Shown here one piece after another: positions 32,206-49,998 of a stretch of 64,000 bases of DNA; the stretch's first letter is position 1, and each line of letters begins with the position of its first letter. The position numbers and the translations under genes were made by a program. The DNA is from the human T2T-CHM13v2.0 reference genome, Homo sapiens. The notes under the pieces were generated by a model, which was not told where the DNA came from, did no database searches, and saw only the letters and a list, made by a program, of their open reading frames with translations. The stretch lies in the NCBI RefSeq assembly GCF_009914755.1, contig NC_060937.1; one strand, 5' to 3'.

Positions 32206-32399
32206 TACAGGTGGACATCATCTTTGACACATTTCTGATAATTCTGTTATACAAATATTACATGTGATTGAACAACACGTTCATTATTAGATGTAGTTTT
32301 ATACCCTCTGCTGAAGAGCTTTAGTACTTAAATGCCACGTGCATCCCATAATGTTACAAAAACATAAAGTCATTTTTGCAGCTTAGTATAACTTTACGA

Positions 32400-32620
32400 A
32401 GCAGGCTGGTGTGGTGGAAATCATGTGAGCTTTGTAGTCCAAGACAGCTAGGTCCACGTTCCACACTTATTAGATGTATGATTTTGGAAGAAATGCTTAA
32501 CTTTGTTAATCTTCAATTTTGCTACTCAGAGTAGTGATGATTGTACCTACTTTGCAAGACTGTTGAGAGGATTTTAGATACTCTTAAATATCTGGCATTT
32601 AGTTATTGCATAGTAAATCA
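32400..32620 (+). mobile_element. MIR
   Basis: 'tggtgtggtggaaa..gctttgtagtc..cacttattagatgtatgattttgga..gtacctac..ctgttgagagg'. Confidence 0.65.
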
Positions 32621-33699
32621 AAGCTCTCTGTATTCTAATAATTAGCTTTCTCTAATTCTTTTAATAGAATTATAAGATAACATAAACATGACTTTCAAAG
32701 GCCTTGAAATGTCATAGACTCAGGACCTCTTGGCAGGACCATGCCTCTGGCAAGAGGAAGTGACAGAAGATCTCCTTAGTACCTCACTTCATTAATCTAA
32801 GTCCTCTACTGGTACATGACTTTATTTATCTCCAGGGTGCTGAAGTTTTTCTCTAAAAGAACTGATGTTTGCATCATTTAGATAAATGCCTTGAGGTTCC
32901 TTATGCTAATTAATTCCTTTGTGCTTTCTTTTTACTAACAATATTAGACAGTTTTCTAACTGACAATGATTTATGCTTCTCAGTTTTTCAGATTTCCTGC
33001 TGTTGGCAATCATACATCCCAAGGCACTTGCATGTAAGGTTCTCCAATTTCAGCAAATATGTCCAGACAAAAGGTGTATTCTTACAAATGGAGATAGATA
33101 GACTCAGACCAAGGAAAGGATTTTTTGTTTTCTTTTAGATACATTGAAGTACTACAATTGTATGTTCTCCAACAAAAATTTATAAAGAAAGTAAATTACC
33201 TTCCTATGATGTATTTGAAACTTCTCTATCGGTATAAAACTTTGCACTTTATTTGTAGTAACCTGGATACAATTCTTTCTTCAGAATATCTAAAATGTCA
33301 ACTAGACTTGTTAGCATCAAAGACATAATATGACATGTTTTGTCTAACACCTTATTTTAATTTGTGCGTGGGTAAACAATTCACTTTAGTGAATTTAGTA
33401 AATAATGCAGTTGTTTGACATTCAATTATGCATTTAAATTATTTTATATTTACCCTTATTTCTTATCTGTTGTTTACATTTTCTGTCATCATTGATTCTC
33501 ATTCTTTATTATTACAGGCAATTCAGTGCCACAAATGTCATGATTTGTTTAATTTCTAAAGTTCTTCCATTATGAAATCTACAAATTATTTACTTTTCAA
33601 ACAAGATAAAAATATTTTGTTTTGTACACTTATACAAAGACTCTCCATGTTGTTATTTTTAATTCTATAGACTTTTAAAGATTTTTTAATAAATTTGAT

Positions 33700-34290
33700 T
33701 TATTATCACTATCTTAGATTTGTTTCTATTAAATATTGAATTGGTACACAAAAACCTTAGACAAAATGTATAAGGCAGAGAGAATAGACACCACTTAAGA
33801 AACAAAGTACAACTTTTAGCCCTGAAGTGTCCTGTAAATATTTCCCATTATTTCCCCCCTACTCATCAGTATAAACCTATACTGAGCTTTTCATTTATTA
33901 AATATCTCAACTTTACAATTTTAATCCAAATCTTTAATTCCCCAATATATTTTGTTTAGATTGACTTTAAACTTTGCATTAAAGAAATCATACTACTTGT
34001 ACCCCCTATAATTGCTTTTTCTTCATTCAATAGCATTCTTTCAAGAGTTATTTATGTTGTTGCATGTAGTTTATTCCATTCCCCTGAACAGAGGCATCAT
34101 TCATCAGACAATGATCTGATTTTCATTGTGATAAAAAGTTTCATTATATTAATATATCACAGGTTAGTTATCCATTCAATTGTGATGGTCATTTAAATTG
34201 TTTTTCACTTTGTTTTGATATGTTTTGGTTCTGCTATTACAACCAATGCTGCTATGACTATTCCCCTATGTGATGTGTCTTATACAGGGT
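33700..34290 (-). mobile_element. L1ME-like 3' fragment
   Basis: 'aaagaaatcatact..tttcttcattcaatagcat..tatgttgttgcatgtag..ccaatgctgctatgactattc'. Confidence 0.5.
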
Positions 34291-34559
34291 TGTACACTCC
34301 ATAACTATCCTTATTTGCTATGCTAACTCCTTATTCCTTGTCACCTCATCTATTTGAGAAAACTAGAAATTCATAGGGTTGTTATAGACTTTTTTCTTCC
34401 TAGTAGTTTAAAAATTTAATTATTAATGACAATTACATATATTTATGGGATTAAATGAGTAGTATATAAAATTCTGTATTATTCTCTATATTCTCCAGAT
34501 GCTTCAGGCCATAAAAGAATAAAAATGAAAACATGAATTGGAGAGATATAGAAGAGATA

Positions 34560-34930
34560 TAAATGTAAATCTTGGTGAACTGCTTTGGGAGATAAAGCGA
34601 ATACACAGTCTAGAATAATTTAGGTAATTTGGCGAACATCAATGTCAGCAACAACAAGTTCAAGACCTAGTTTTGAAAAGATAATGAATTCTAATACATA
34701 CATGGTGATTTGGATACATATGTAGGATATCCAGATAGAGGATTCTAATAAGCAAATAGATAATTAAGTATGGTCATGAGAAATGTTTTGCCTGATGCAT
34801 ATGTTTGGGGACCAATAGGCTATGTGTGGAAAGAAAAACTCTGATCATGGGTATAGTACTAAGACAGAACATTACACTGGAAAACAGAAGGACAAAGCTC
34901 TCACAAGTTCAGGTAAAAAAGGGGGAGATA
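34560..34930 (-). mobile_element. L2 fragment
   Basis: 'gataatgaattc..ggatatccagatagaggattctaataagcaaatagat'. Confidence 0.4.
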
Positions 34931-37900
34931 TTTTGAGATAACCAGTTCTTTCTGCCACACTCAATGAAAAGGATGTATGCATCCTTCTGAATTTTTTCCT
35001 TTGTTTTAAAATGATAGAGAAGTTGTATCATTTATATATCGAAGGGAAATACTTGAGATAGGAAATGTGAAATTGTGAAAGGAAGGGTATAACTCAAAAA
35101 CAAGTCTCTGAGAAGAGAGTAAATCAGATCTACAGAAGCAAAATAGGTGACAGTTTTAAACAAGAGAGAAAACTCTGGTTTACATTGCTACAAAGGAGGA
35201 AATGATGTTATAAACGTAAGTAAGTTTTTTGAGGGAGGAGTGGGAATTTGATGTCCTCATTTTTCTCTCTATGGTAAAGTATGGGGTCATTTACTGAGAT
35301 AGAACAAGATGCAGTACGATAGGAATACCAGAAGCCTTTGAATTTTAACATTCTCCATAATTGTATGAATCTTTTTCAGCAGCTCATCAGCTAAAGGGCA
35401 GAGAGATATCATACACCTTCAATTTTCGTAACATAATTTCTTTTTAGAAAAGTAGCAATCAAAATAAACGATTATCCACAGTTAAATTGATCTGAGTTGC
35501 TGCTGGAGGGCAAATGGGAATACAACATGCAAGTGAGAGAGGAAAACACAAATTTTAATTTTGAATAAAGCTTTTTTCATGGCTTGAGTTCTTTCTAATT
35601 TGAAAACTACAGTTATGAGAACCAGTTATCATACTACTTCTGGGGTTAGTATAGACAGGTTAGAGGGGGTTTGAATAAACACAATTTTATATATTTTGTT
35701 CAGTTTTAATTAGAATCAAGTAAGGAATTGATGAGGGTGGAAAGAGGTGTGTTGGATAGATTGCTCAGCTTGACAAAAAAAATCTGCACATGAGAAGTTC
35801 ATCACAATTTTCTAGGTGATTGGATTAATCAGTAAATGCTAATATCCCACTACTGTGCTAGGATTATATTGGTTTTAAAAAATAGATGCTTCTAAAGAGT
35901 TTACATCAGAGAAACTAAATTTTTGTAAAAAATTGAAGGAAAATCAAAGAATTATTTTAGAGATAGAAGTAGTATGATAGCTGGTGCTAAAGAAGACTAA
36001 ATATCTTCAGTTTTTACTCAATAACAGCAATCTCCAAAATTCTATCTATTCAAAGGTGAGTTGTGTTCAATAATCATAGCTCAAGAAAGATATATGTGAA
36101 TTCAGACAGTTGACCACAACTGAATTGTATAAGCAAAGGAGATATATAATTTCAAATGCTCCTGACTCAGGGATATCATCTATGCTTATATTAAAATGCA
36201 TGCTAAAGTTCTAATTAGCATACAGGGTAAAATATCAGAGTCATTTGCACAAAAATGTTTAGAGAAACAGATGAGGGAGAAACAGAGTAAAAGAACTGAA
36301 AATTTACAGGAGTATTAGAAAAACACAGAAATGAAGAAGAGATAAATGAAGATAGGAATGAGAAAAAGACTTTTGATTATAAGTCAGTCTGGGTTAATGG
36401 AAGGAATATTTGGAATTAGAAGGGGTACATTCATATCCTATTTCTAGAAAATTATGATCTCACCATTTTGGTCTTGCATTTTATCTTTGTATATTTAAGG
36501 AAATAATACTTGTCTTATTTTTCTCTAAGAACAGATGTTAGGATCCTAAATCAGTAATGAATCATCCTGCTATCCTAAAATTTTTCTCCTGACACTCTTT
36601 CCTTATCAAGATACTTCATCAATTTCTTTTATTTTCTCGAACATCAAATAAATGCAAACACTGATTTATACATGCATTTCTAGCAGAAAGTATTACTCTA
36701 GTATCAAGAAATCTAACAGAAATATCAATCTCAAATAAATAGCTTACAACATATATAATAGTATAGTGTAAAATTGGGGAAAATAATTGTCATCTCCTTA
36801 CATATACTAAATATTATATTTACCTCTAAATCAAATAAGAGGGGAAAACAAGCTCCACGGTTGATATTTGCATTTCATTTCTCTGTCCTTACTCATAATG
36901 TATGTGTGTGTCTGTGTGTGTATACATATATACACATACACATATTATATATACAAACATACATGCAAACATATATGTGTATGTATATATACTCTTGCTA
37001 ACCATATTACTTCTAAACCAATATTGCATACATTATTTGAACATTCTTAGAACTTATTTGGACTAGATTTGATAGTAATTTCAAGAATCAGCTCATGGAA
37101 CATTTATAATTCAAAGAATATTTACCCAATTATACAGAAAGAATTCATTTCTGGAGCTCCATTCCAAGATGGCCAAATAGGAACAGCTCCAGTCTGCAGC
37201 TCCCAGCATGATCAATGCAGAAGACAGGTGATTTCTGCATTTCCAACTGAGATACTTGGTTCATCTCACTGGGACTGGATGGACAGTGGGTGCAGCCCAT
37301 GGAGGGTGAGGTAAAGCAGGGTTGGGCATCGTCTCACCCAGGAAGCACAAGGGGTCAGGGGATTTCCCTTTCCTAGTCAAGGGAAGCCATGACAGACTGT
37401 ACCTGGAAAAACGGGGCACCTCTGCCCAAATACTGCACTTTTCCCAAGGTCTTAGCAACCGGAAAACAAGGAGATTCTCTCCTGTGCTTGGATCAGTGGG
37501 TCCCATGCCCACGGAGCCTTGCTCACTGCTAGTGCAGCAGACTGAGATCAAACAGTGAGGTGGCAGCCTGGCTAGGGGAGGGGCATCCGTCATTGCTGAG
37601 GCTTGAGTAAGTTAAACAAAGTGGCTGGGAAGCTCGAACTGGGCAGAGCCCACCACAGCTCAGGGAGGCCTACCGCCTCTAGACTCCACCTCTGTGGGCA
37701 GGGCATAGCTGAACAAAAGGTAGCAGACAACTTCTGCAGACTTAAACATCCCTGTCTGACAACACTGAAGAGAGCACTGGTTCTCCCAGCATGGCATTTG
37801 AGCTCTGAGAATGGACAGACTGCCTCCTCAAGTGGGTCCCTGACCTCCGTGTAGCCTAACTGGGAGACACCTCCCAGTTAGGACATCTACACCAAAACCC

Positions 37901-37950
37901 CATCTGCAGGTCACCAACATCAAAGACCAAAGGTAGATAAAACCACAGAG

Positions 37951-38975
37951 ATGGGGAGAAACCAGAGCAGAAAAGCTGAAAATTCTAAAAATCAGAGAGC
38001 CTCTTCTCCTCCAAAGGATCGCAACTCCTCGCCAGCAACAGAACAAAGCTGGAAGGAGAATGACTTTGATGAGTTGACAGAAGTAGGCTTCAGAAGGCCG
38101 GTAATAACAAACTTCTCCAAGCTAAAGGAGCATGTTCAAACCCATTGCAAGGAAGCTAAGAAACCTTGTAAAAGGGTTAGATGAATCACTAGCCAGAATA
38201 AACAGTGTAGAGAAGACCTTAAATGACAGGATGGAGCTAAAAACCATGGCATTAGAACTTCATGACACATACACAAGCTTCAATAGCCCATTTGATCAAG
38301 TGGAAGAAAGGGTATCAGTGATTGAAGATCAAATTAATGAAATAAAGCAAGAAAACAGGGTTAGAGAAACAAGAGTAAAAAGAAATGAACAAAGCCTCCA
38401 AAAAATATAGGACTACGTGAAAAGACCAAATCTACATTTGATTGGTGTACCTGAAAGTGATGGGGAAAATGGAACCAAGTTGGAAAACACTCTTCAGGAT
38501 ATTATCAAGGAGAACTTCCCCAATCTAGCAAGGCAGGCCAACATTCAAATTCAGGAAATAGAGAGAACACCACAAAGACACTCCTCAAGATAAGCAACCC
38601 CAAGACATAATTGTCAGATTCACCCAGGTTGAAATGAAGGACAAAATGTTAAGGGCAGCCAGAGAGAAAGGTTGAGTTACCCACAAAGGGAAGGCCATCA
38701 GACTAATAGTGGATCTCTTGGCAGAAACTCTAAAAGCCAGAAGAGAGTGGGGGCCAATATTCAACATTCTTAAAGAAAAGAATTTTCAACCCAGAATTTT
38801 ATATCCAGCCAAACTAAGCTTCATAAGTGAAGTAGAAATAAAATCCTTTACAGACAAGCAAATGCTGACAGATTTTGTCACCACCAGGCCTGCCTTAGAA
38901 GAGCTCCTGAAGGAAGCACTAAACATGGAAAGGAACAACCAGTACCAGTCACTGCAAAAACATGCCAAATTGTAA
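37951..38975 (+). pseudogene. L1 ORF1p remnant (frameshifts and stops)
   Basis: Peptides MGRNQSRKAENSKNQ.., ..EERVSVIEDQINEIK.., ..NFQPRILYPAKLSF..QKHAKL. Confidence 0.92.
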
Positions 38976-39038
38976 AAACCATCGGTGCTATGAAGAAACT
39001 GCCTCAATTAATGAGCAAAATAACCAGCTAACATCATA

Positions 39039-42856
<3,818 letters not shown>

Positions 42857-45019
42857 ACAAGGAGATCACCTGGACACAGGGTGGGGAACATCACACACTG
42901 GGGCCTGTCGGGGGGTGGGGGACTAGGGGAGGGATGGCATTAGGATAAATGCCTAATGTATATGATGAGTTGATGGGTGCAGCAAGCCAACATGGCACAT
43001 GTATACCAATGTATCAAACCTGTATGTTGTACACATGTGCCCTAGAACTTAAAGCATAATAAAAATAAAATTAAAAAAAAGAATTCATTTCCAGCAGAAG
43101 TTTACTTTTTACAATCAGCTCTCACGGGTGTCAGCAGCCTTGTCAGCTTCTCTGCTTGTTCCAAGCTTCTCTGCATGGCCAAGCAGCTAGGTAGGTCATT
43201 TGTCTCAGAACATAAAGGAAACAATTCAACACTTTTGAAGTGGGAAATCCAAACCTATCAGCCTGTTAGTAATTCTTGCTATAATTCCATCTTTGCATAA
43301 TCAGGGAGATTGGTTGGCAGCCGTCTGCTCATGTGCAAAAGTACAGCAACATCTTGGAGTTACTTTTCCATGTACGCACATGAATTTTTATGAAAGGTAT
43401 ATGTTCTGATCAGCAAAACACATTTAGGGAAAAAAATACACCTTTTTAAAAATGAACAACATATTTTACTTTTTAATGAAAACATAGTGATAGTAAGAGA
43501 CTATTTATTTTGAAGGATATCTTTTTACTGAGAAATTCTGTTCCAATTTGAAGCCAATGCTCTGGATTTTAAAAGAGCTGGTATGGCAGATCCCAGTGCA
43601 GATGTACTACATTTGACCTCCTAGTTATCCAAACTCTAAAACTACATAAAAGCAGGAGTTTATTGCCTTTATACCTCACTTGACTCTAACTGTATAAACA
43701 TGTTTCCCTTTCAAAATGATTCCAATACATATAAAACCAAGTTAAATATGCACACTATAAGGCAGAATTTTTTGTCACATTTCTTAATTGGAAAATATAG
43801 CAAAACTAAAGAAAGTCCTTGGAGAAATCTGAAATAAATAACAGTGTGATACCATCAATTTCTCAGAAACAATATACAATTAATGATTACTTTTTAAATC
43901 TCAGTGCCAAATGCCATACATAACCTCTCAGCTGTAATGTAGTTTATAGAAATCAATCCTATCAATCAAATGAAAAATAGATTCAACACACAAAACTGAT
44001 TGAATTGCTTAAAATAAAAGCATTGAGCTCTTAAAACACATTTTTTTCAAATAATCTACTTACCTATTTTTATTGAAGCTACTTATAGTAATAGAAACTT
44101 AATTTGTTTTTAAGAAATTATTGAACTCAATTTTGCCAACGCACCTTTTTAAGTTGAAGATTTTTTTTCTTAAATGCAACAAATTATTTATTTTAAAGCA
44201 AAAGAATGAAAGTTATCACTTTTTTATTTTCATACCTCCTCACATAAACTTTGTACTACTTTGAGTGGTTTGTTTGTTTGTTTTAATATATGTCACCTGG
44301 ACTTAAAGACTGTGTAGACAAAGTCATCTTTGCTTTTGTGTTTAAATTATAGTGGCTCCAAATCTGCTCATAGAAATAATCAGGCAGTGAAACTCAACAA
44401 AGAATCAGCATTTCAGAGACACCCCTAAGAGAACAGCTTACATGAATATATAGTGAACAGTGCCATTTTCTATATCTATACGGTAACTCCATTTTCTTCC
44501 TTTCCTGCTCAGACCAGCCTTGCCAGAAACCTATTTCTGCAGACCACCTACTGGAACCTTGTCTTTGCCACTGTCAATAATGGTCCCCAACACAATCAAG
44601 TAGATATCTTTGTCACAAGTCTCATCTTCCACTGCTCCCAAAACCACAGATTCTCCATGAACCAGAGCTGTGCTGAGTACTGTGCTAGGCTGGAAGAATA
44701 GCCCTCACATTTGGTCACCTGCTTGTCCCTAGAGTTTCACAGAGTTTTCTATAACAGATTTCTTTTAGCTTCTGGATATAATACTGCCAACTCAGAATCT
44801 AACAGTGCCTTATTAAAAATAATGTATTGTCATATTTTGGTACTGGCCCCTTAACAGTAAGGGATTAAACTCCAGAGAAAGGAATTCAAACCCAGTTCCA
44901 GACACATGCTGAGAAGAATATGGGTGTCCAGCCACTTCCTCCATTACTTACTAATCTTCTCTTGTGGCCCCTGATAGAAATAAGTGCACCATACCTAGTG
45001 ATATATACAATATATCACC

Positions 45020-48000
45020 AGATCTGAGCCGGATATTCTTTGCAGGTTGTCCATAACAGTGGGAACAGCTACCATTGAACTAGGCCTTCTGGATTCCATG
45101 TGGATGAATGAAACCCCGTTTGCTGGGGCCAAGCAGCAGATCTTAATCGTAAAACAAGGTAGCAGAGATTGCCATCATGGGCTGAAGAGCCAAAGCATCA
45201 ATCAAATGGTTTGACTCCTAAAAATTTTGAATATTAGCTTTGATCATATTATCCATGATGGATTTGAGACAGATAAGCAAACTATCAAATATAATCGGAT
45301 TTGATTTGTATAATTAGGAATCCTTAATTCAGTTGAACAGAAATCTAACTAGAGTCACTAAAACAGAGATTAATTGCTACTCGGACAAATTTGAGCTACT
45401 TTATAAATTCAGAATTCCTTAACTGAAGCAGAAGATGGCCCCAACTTTTACATTATAACTCTTCTTAACCTTCCCCAAAGGGAGGTGTGGGTATTACCAG
45501 TGTGAATGTACATTATGGGAAAATAACCAGACTGTTTTGGTATTACCACTTATTGGCACTGAACTGACAATAACTGCTAAACACCTAAAAGAGCACAGTG
45601 GTTCACCATCCAAAGTAGGACAATAGGAAGTAAGGTGATGGATAAAGTTTTGTCTTGTGTTCATCTTGCAGTGGGCCCCTCAAAATACCTTATGGTATTT
45701 TCTCAACTTTATAATGCTAAATTGGAAATAAACATATTTGGTAACTGGTCGAATCTTCACATTGATTCTCTGACCCTTTAAATAGGGCTACTACAGCAGG
45801 AATGGCCAAATGGAAGTCAAATGAAATGCCTCTCTATAAAAAGCGAAAGCAATACCGCAATCCTGAGGAATTGCAGTGATTAGTACCATCACGAGAACTT
45901 GTAAAATGCAGGAGTGATAACTCAACACATTCCGGTTCAGATGCATCTTGTAGAATGACAGGGGACTATCACAACTGGGTGATGACTACAATTGCAGGTA
46001 TTTTTTCAAGGATGGATATACAACTGGAACAAATTACTACATCCTCTGGCATGTAATATGCAACTATTGGTTTGGTAAATTATTTTAATTTATACCTGCT
46101 AGAAACAATTATCAGAAGCATTTTGTTTTCAGCTGACAAGGATAGCAGTGTACCTTGCTCGCCTCTCTAGGCTATGTCAACTTTCTAGCCCTATGTAATA
46201 ATTAATCTTCAGGGAACTTGATAGCCTCTCTATTTCAAAGATTACCATGCTGAATCATTTTATTATTGAGATTATGTTTATTGTCAAGAACTGTGCAGAA
46301 TCTGAGCTTTTACCCTATTTAATGGATACAAGTTAGTCTGTAACTGTTTCATGGGTTCCAGAAGACATGAGACTCTTGGACCAAAGACAAAGGACTTTAT
46401 TACTCACATCAAGGGCAGCATTTAAAATTCCTTGCTGGTTAGTGTTAATTCCCCATCTTCTCTCAAATGCCATGTGAATGACACAGGACCCATGATGGAT
46501 GTGTGTACATTCAGTGGGCTATTTGACAAGAAAAGAAATCCAAGCCGAGCTTTGGAAATTCACCACTTTTAAAATAAGCAAAAGCAAAGCAAGTGGAAGC
46601 ATGCTTATTCTTTGCACTGGGGGAGATGTTACTTCATCACTCAAAGTTGTTCACTGCAAACACAACTCTAAAAATGGCCTGGGTAATTAGGGCCATGCAT
46701 TCTTGGCCTATCCTGCAAGAATGCATAGGGGCACAGTCAAGGCCCATGCTGGATTCCCTCTCCCAATACTGATTAAATCTGGTGATCAGGAAGAAACAAC
46801 AATTCTAAACACCTTGGTGAAACATATGTTCACCAGAGATAAGAAGTAATTTTCACAAAAAATTTAGGATATTACCACCTATGCGAAATTCTTAGGGTTT
46901 TGGGACATACCATTATGATTTTAGAGCAAAGCTAGTCATTCTCTATAGACAATGTTTCTTGTTTAAAGAAACAGCATCTGGCTTGCCACTGGGCCATAGC
47001 AGAGAATGAACACTTGACCATTAACTAACAAGTTACTGTTTACCCTGATCTACCAATTATAAAGTGCGGGAGGTATCTGCTTCATAAAATCGTAAAGTTC
47101 AGTGGTTTGCACAATGATACTCATTTATCAAACATTTATAAACATCAAATGATGTCATGTATAAGAAATTTCATTCAAGTATGCCCTGAAGGCATAAGAA
47201 ATTCACAAGAATATTTTGTTCTGCTATCCATGTCTCCTAATTCTGCCACACTTCCTCCTTTCTCTCAATCATCCTAATACTTTCATAGTCATCTATGAAA
47301 ATTTGACTACAAAAAAATGGGTCTGGTTTACAAGTGGCTCTATAAAATGCTGGAACTACATGTAAATAAGTGATTGCAAAAATACAGTCCCACTCCAGGG
47401 TGTCCTTGAAGAACAGTAGCAAGGAAAAGTTATTTTAATGGAGAAGACATTGAGCCATGCATACAACTGTTCATTTTGCCTGAAATAAAAGATGTTCAGA
47501 GGTATAGATCTACACTAATTTATAGATAATGAATAATGTTTTTGCTCAATGATCAGAGACTCTCAAGTATCAAGTCTGGAAAATTTTTGCAAGAGGGTCT
47601 AGAGTAAAGGTATGTGAGGATATCTTTTATATGTGTTGAGAATATAAAGATATTTGTGTTCCATGGGACTGCTCACCAAAAAGCAACCTCAGATGAGAGG
47701 AATTTTCACAGATTTGTAAATAAGTTGATGATTTCTGTGGATGTTAGTCAGCCTTTGTCCTCACAAACCAAGTTGCTATGTTCGCAAGGGTACTATCCAT
47801 GACATCAGAAAAAGTGGACTTATATTCTAAAGTCTTATCTGGGAACAGCCACTGATGAATGTTCAACCTACTCAAAAATAGCACCATTCTTTGGAGCTCA
47901 ACCCACCACCTTGTGACAAGTTGATTGCATTGGAACTCACCTCTCATGAAAAGGACAGTGCTTTATTATCATTGGTTAAACACTTTGTCTTGATGTGGAT

Positions 48001-49290
48001 TTTCATTCACTGTCCACAGTGCTTTTGGAAGAACCATATTCATGTTATTATAGATTTTCTTAAACATTATGGTATTCTGTGCAGCACTGCTTTTGACCAA
48101 ACCACTATGTTTTAGAAAATGAAGTGTGATAATTAGATCATGATCATGAAATTCACTGGTCTTATCTTGTTTTCTATCATCCTGAAGCATTCGCCTTGAT
48201 AGAATAGCGGAATGATATTTTTCAAGAATCAGGTATGACACCACTTGCTTGGCAATATCTTGAGGGCTTGGGTAATTTCCCTGGAATGCAGTATATGCTC
48301 TAAATCAGTGACCAATGTGTGGTTCTGTTCATTCCTGGTCAGTATTCGCAGGCCTGGGAATCAAATATAGAAATGGGAATGTTTTCTTTCTGTAATAATT
48401 CAATAATCTGTTAACAAAAATATTACTTTCAATAATTGTGAATTTGGGCTCCTCTGATCTAGGCATCTTAGTTCACGAGGGAGTAATGCCTCTACCATGA
48501 GTCACTATCAATCATTCTGTTAAAACTGAAGTTAAATTTAACACTTAGTTCACTTTAGGTTTCTCATGCAAGTGAATCAATGGACAAAGAAGGGAGTGAT
48601 TGTGCTGACTGTGGTAAATAATTTTAACTATTTTAAGGAAATTGAGTTACTAAGGAATAGTGAGGTTAAGAATAAGCATACCTGCAATACTTCTGTTTGC
48701 AGAAGGGTGCTGCTCAGTACTTCAATGACAAGTGATAAAAGGTAACGGTAAACTACAATTACATTTAGGCAGGACTGATAATGAACCAGACTGCTCAGAA
48801 AAGAAAGTTTGGGTCAACTCATCAGGCCAAAAACTATAACTAGCAAAGTGCTTGCTTACAGCAAAGATTATGTAGAAAAGGCAGTGTATGAAGATAGTTA
48901 CAAATAGAAGGTATGAACACATGACTTACTATAATAGTTACAAATACATATTTCTTCTTATTCTGATATAAATATACTTATAAATACATTAATTATCATC
49001 TTCTGCTCTCCCTTTCCCCCATCATATAACATCAAATGTTTTAATCTCATATCTCAGTATTTAAGTTACAAACCATAAAAGGGTCAGTGTGGTTCAATTA
49101 GAAATGAACATTGCCAAGTTAGATAGAAAAACATCATATCCTTTTGAAAAGAGAGTCAGCATGTTTTTGGTTGTATAAGGGATACTAGTATAATTTTAGA
49201 TGGAAATATGCCTTTGCTATTATCTATACTATGAAGTTAAGTAAAATTAAAAGACATATATATAGATGCCAAATTGACAAAGATTGGAAC
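45020..49290 (+). mobile_element. ERVL internal region (ERVL-E-like) gag-end/pro/pol remnant, heavily decayed
   Basis: ERVL landmarks in order: 'ttccccaaagggag', 'gaactgacaataa', 'tagaatgacag', 'ggctatgtcaact', YIDD-like region at ~46260, 'catcctgaagca..ccttgatagaatagcggaatg', and the end 'gccaaattgacaaagattggaac'. Confidence 0.8.
46282..46768 (-). mobile_element. LTR40-like ERVL solo LTR inserted in pol
   Basis: TGTCAAGAACTGTG..TTTTACCCTA..AGACAAAGGACTTTATTACTCAC..CTCTCCCAATA; ERVL pol resumes immediately after it. Confidence 0.75.
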
Positions 49291-49941
49291 ATAATGTCCC
49301 TTTACTATGCCAATTTAGCAAAGTTGAAATGGGCCTTTTCTTTGCAGTACCAGATTGGGGATATTTAAGATATTTAATGTGGATATACAAAAATTTGGGC
49401 AATATTTGTAAGGTATGAGTGAGTGAAAAGCCATTTTAATGCACTGAGTTTGGTATAGGGTGCCTGACAATATGGCATATCATACCTGTTGTCTTTGTTC
49501 TGTTAACTCAGAAACTGGCATGAGACAGCACCCAGATCTACACCTCTACCAGCTCCCACAAAATCTTCTTTTACAACTTCTCTATACAATGATCCAGGTA
49601 TTGTTTAATTCTGTGGTAAACAATGAATAAAACAAGATTTTCCTGTAGATCATTCATATCATCAAGTTTAGACATGGGAAAAGAAAGAGACAGGTTTTAT
49701 TTTGTCCTTGTACATTCCAGTTTTTCTTTGCTCCTGTCCAAGTTATATGGAGCTCTCTTTCCTGACCACTGGTTAGGGTGACCTATCATGACTTCAGGGT
49801 CCCATTAGACATAAAGTTAACAGCCTTGTATAGACTTATTACCAGCCCTCACAATTGTGTTATATCTAATCCCTATAACAATTTCCTTTCATTGTGTCAC
49901 TCATAGGGATCTGCTTCTCTGATCAAATTCTGACACAGATA
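49291..49941 (+). mobile_element. MLT2E/F-like 3' LTR of the ERVL provirus
   Basis: Follows the PPT-like end of the internal region; ends 'aatccctataac..tcactcatagggatctgcttctctgatcaaattctgacacagata'. Confidence 0.7.
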
Positions 49942-49998
49942 GTGTAATGAGTTCTTCCTGACCACTGCACAGATTAAATTTCCCCAGACCATGGAATT

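Noticed and set aside
37855-37900. 5'UTR gap as a spliced L1 (SpIRE)
   Set aside because: The junction retains the GT and fits AGG microhomology rather than GT-AG intron removal; the 5' donor region near position 97 is not joined.
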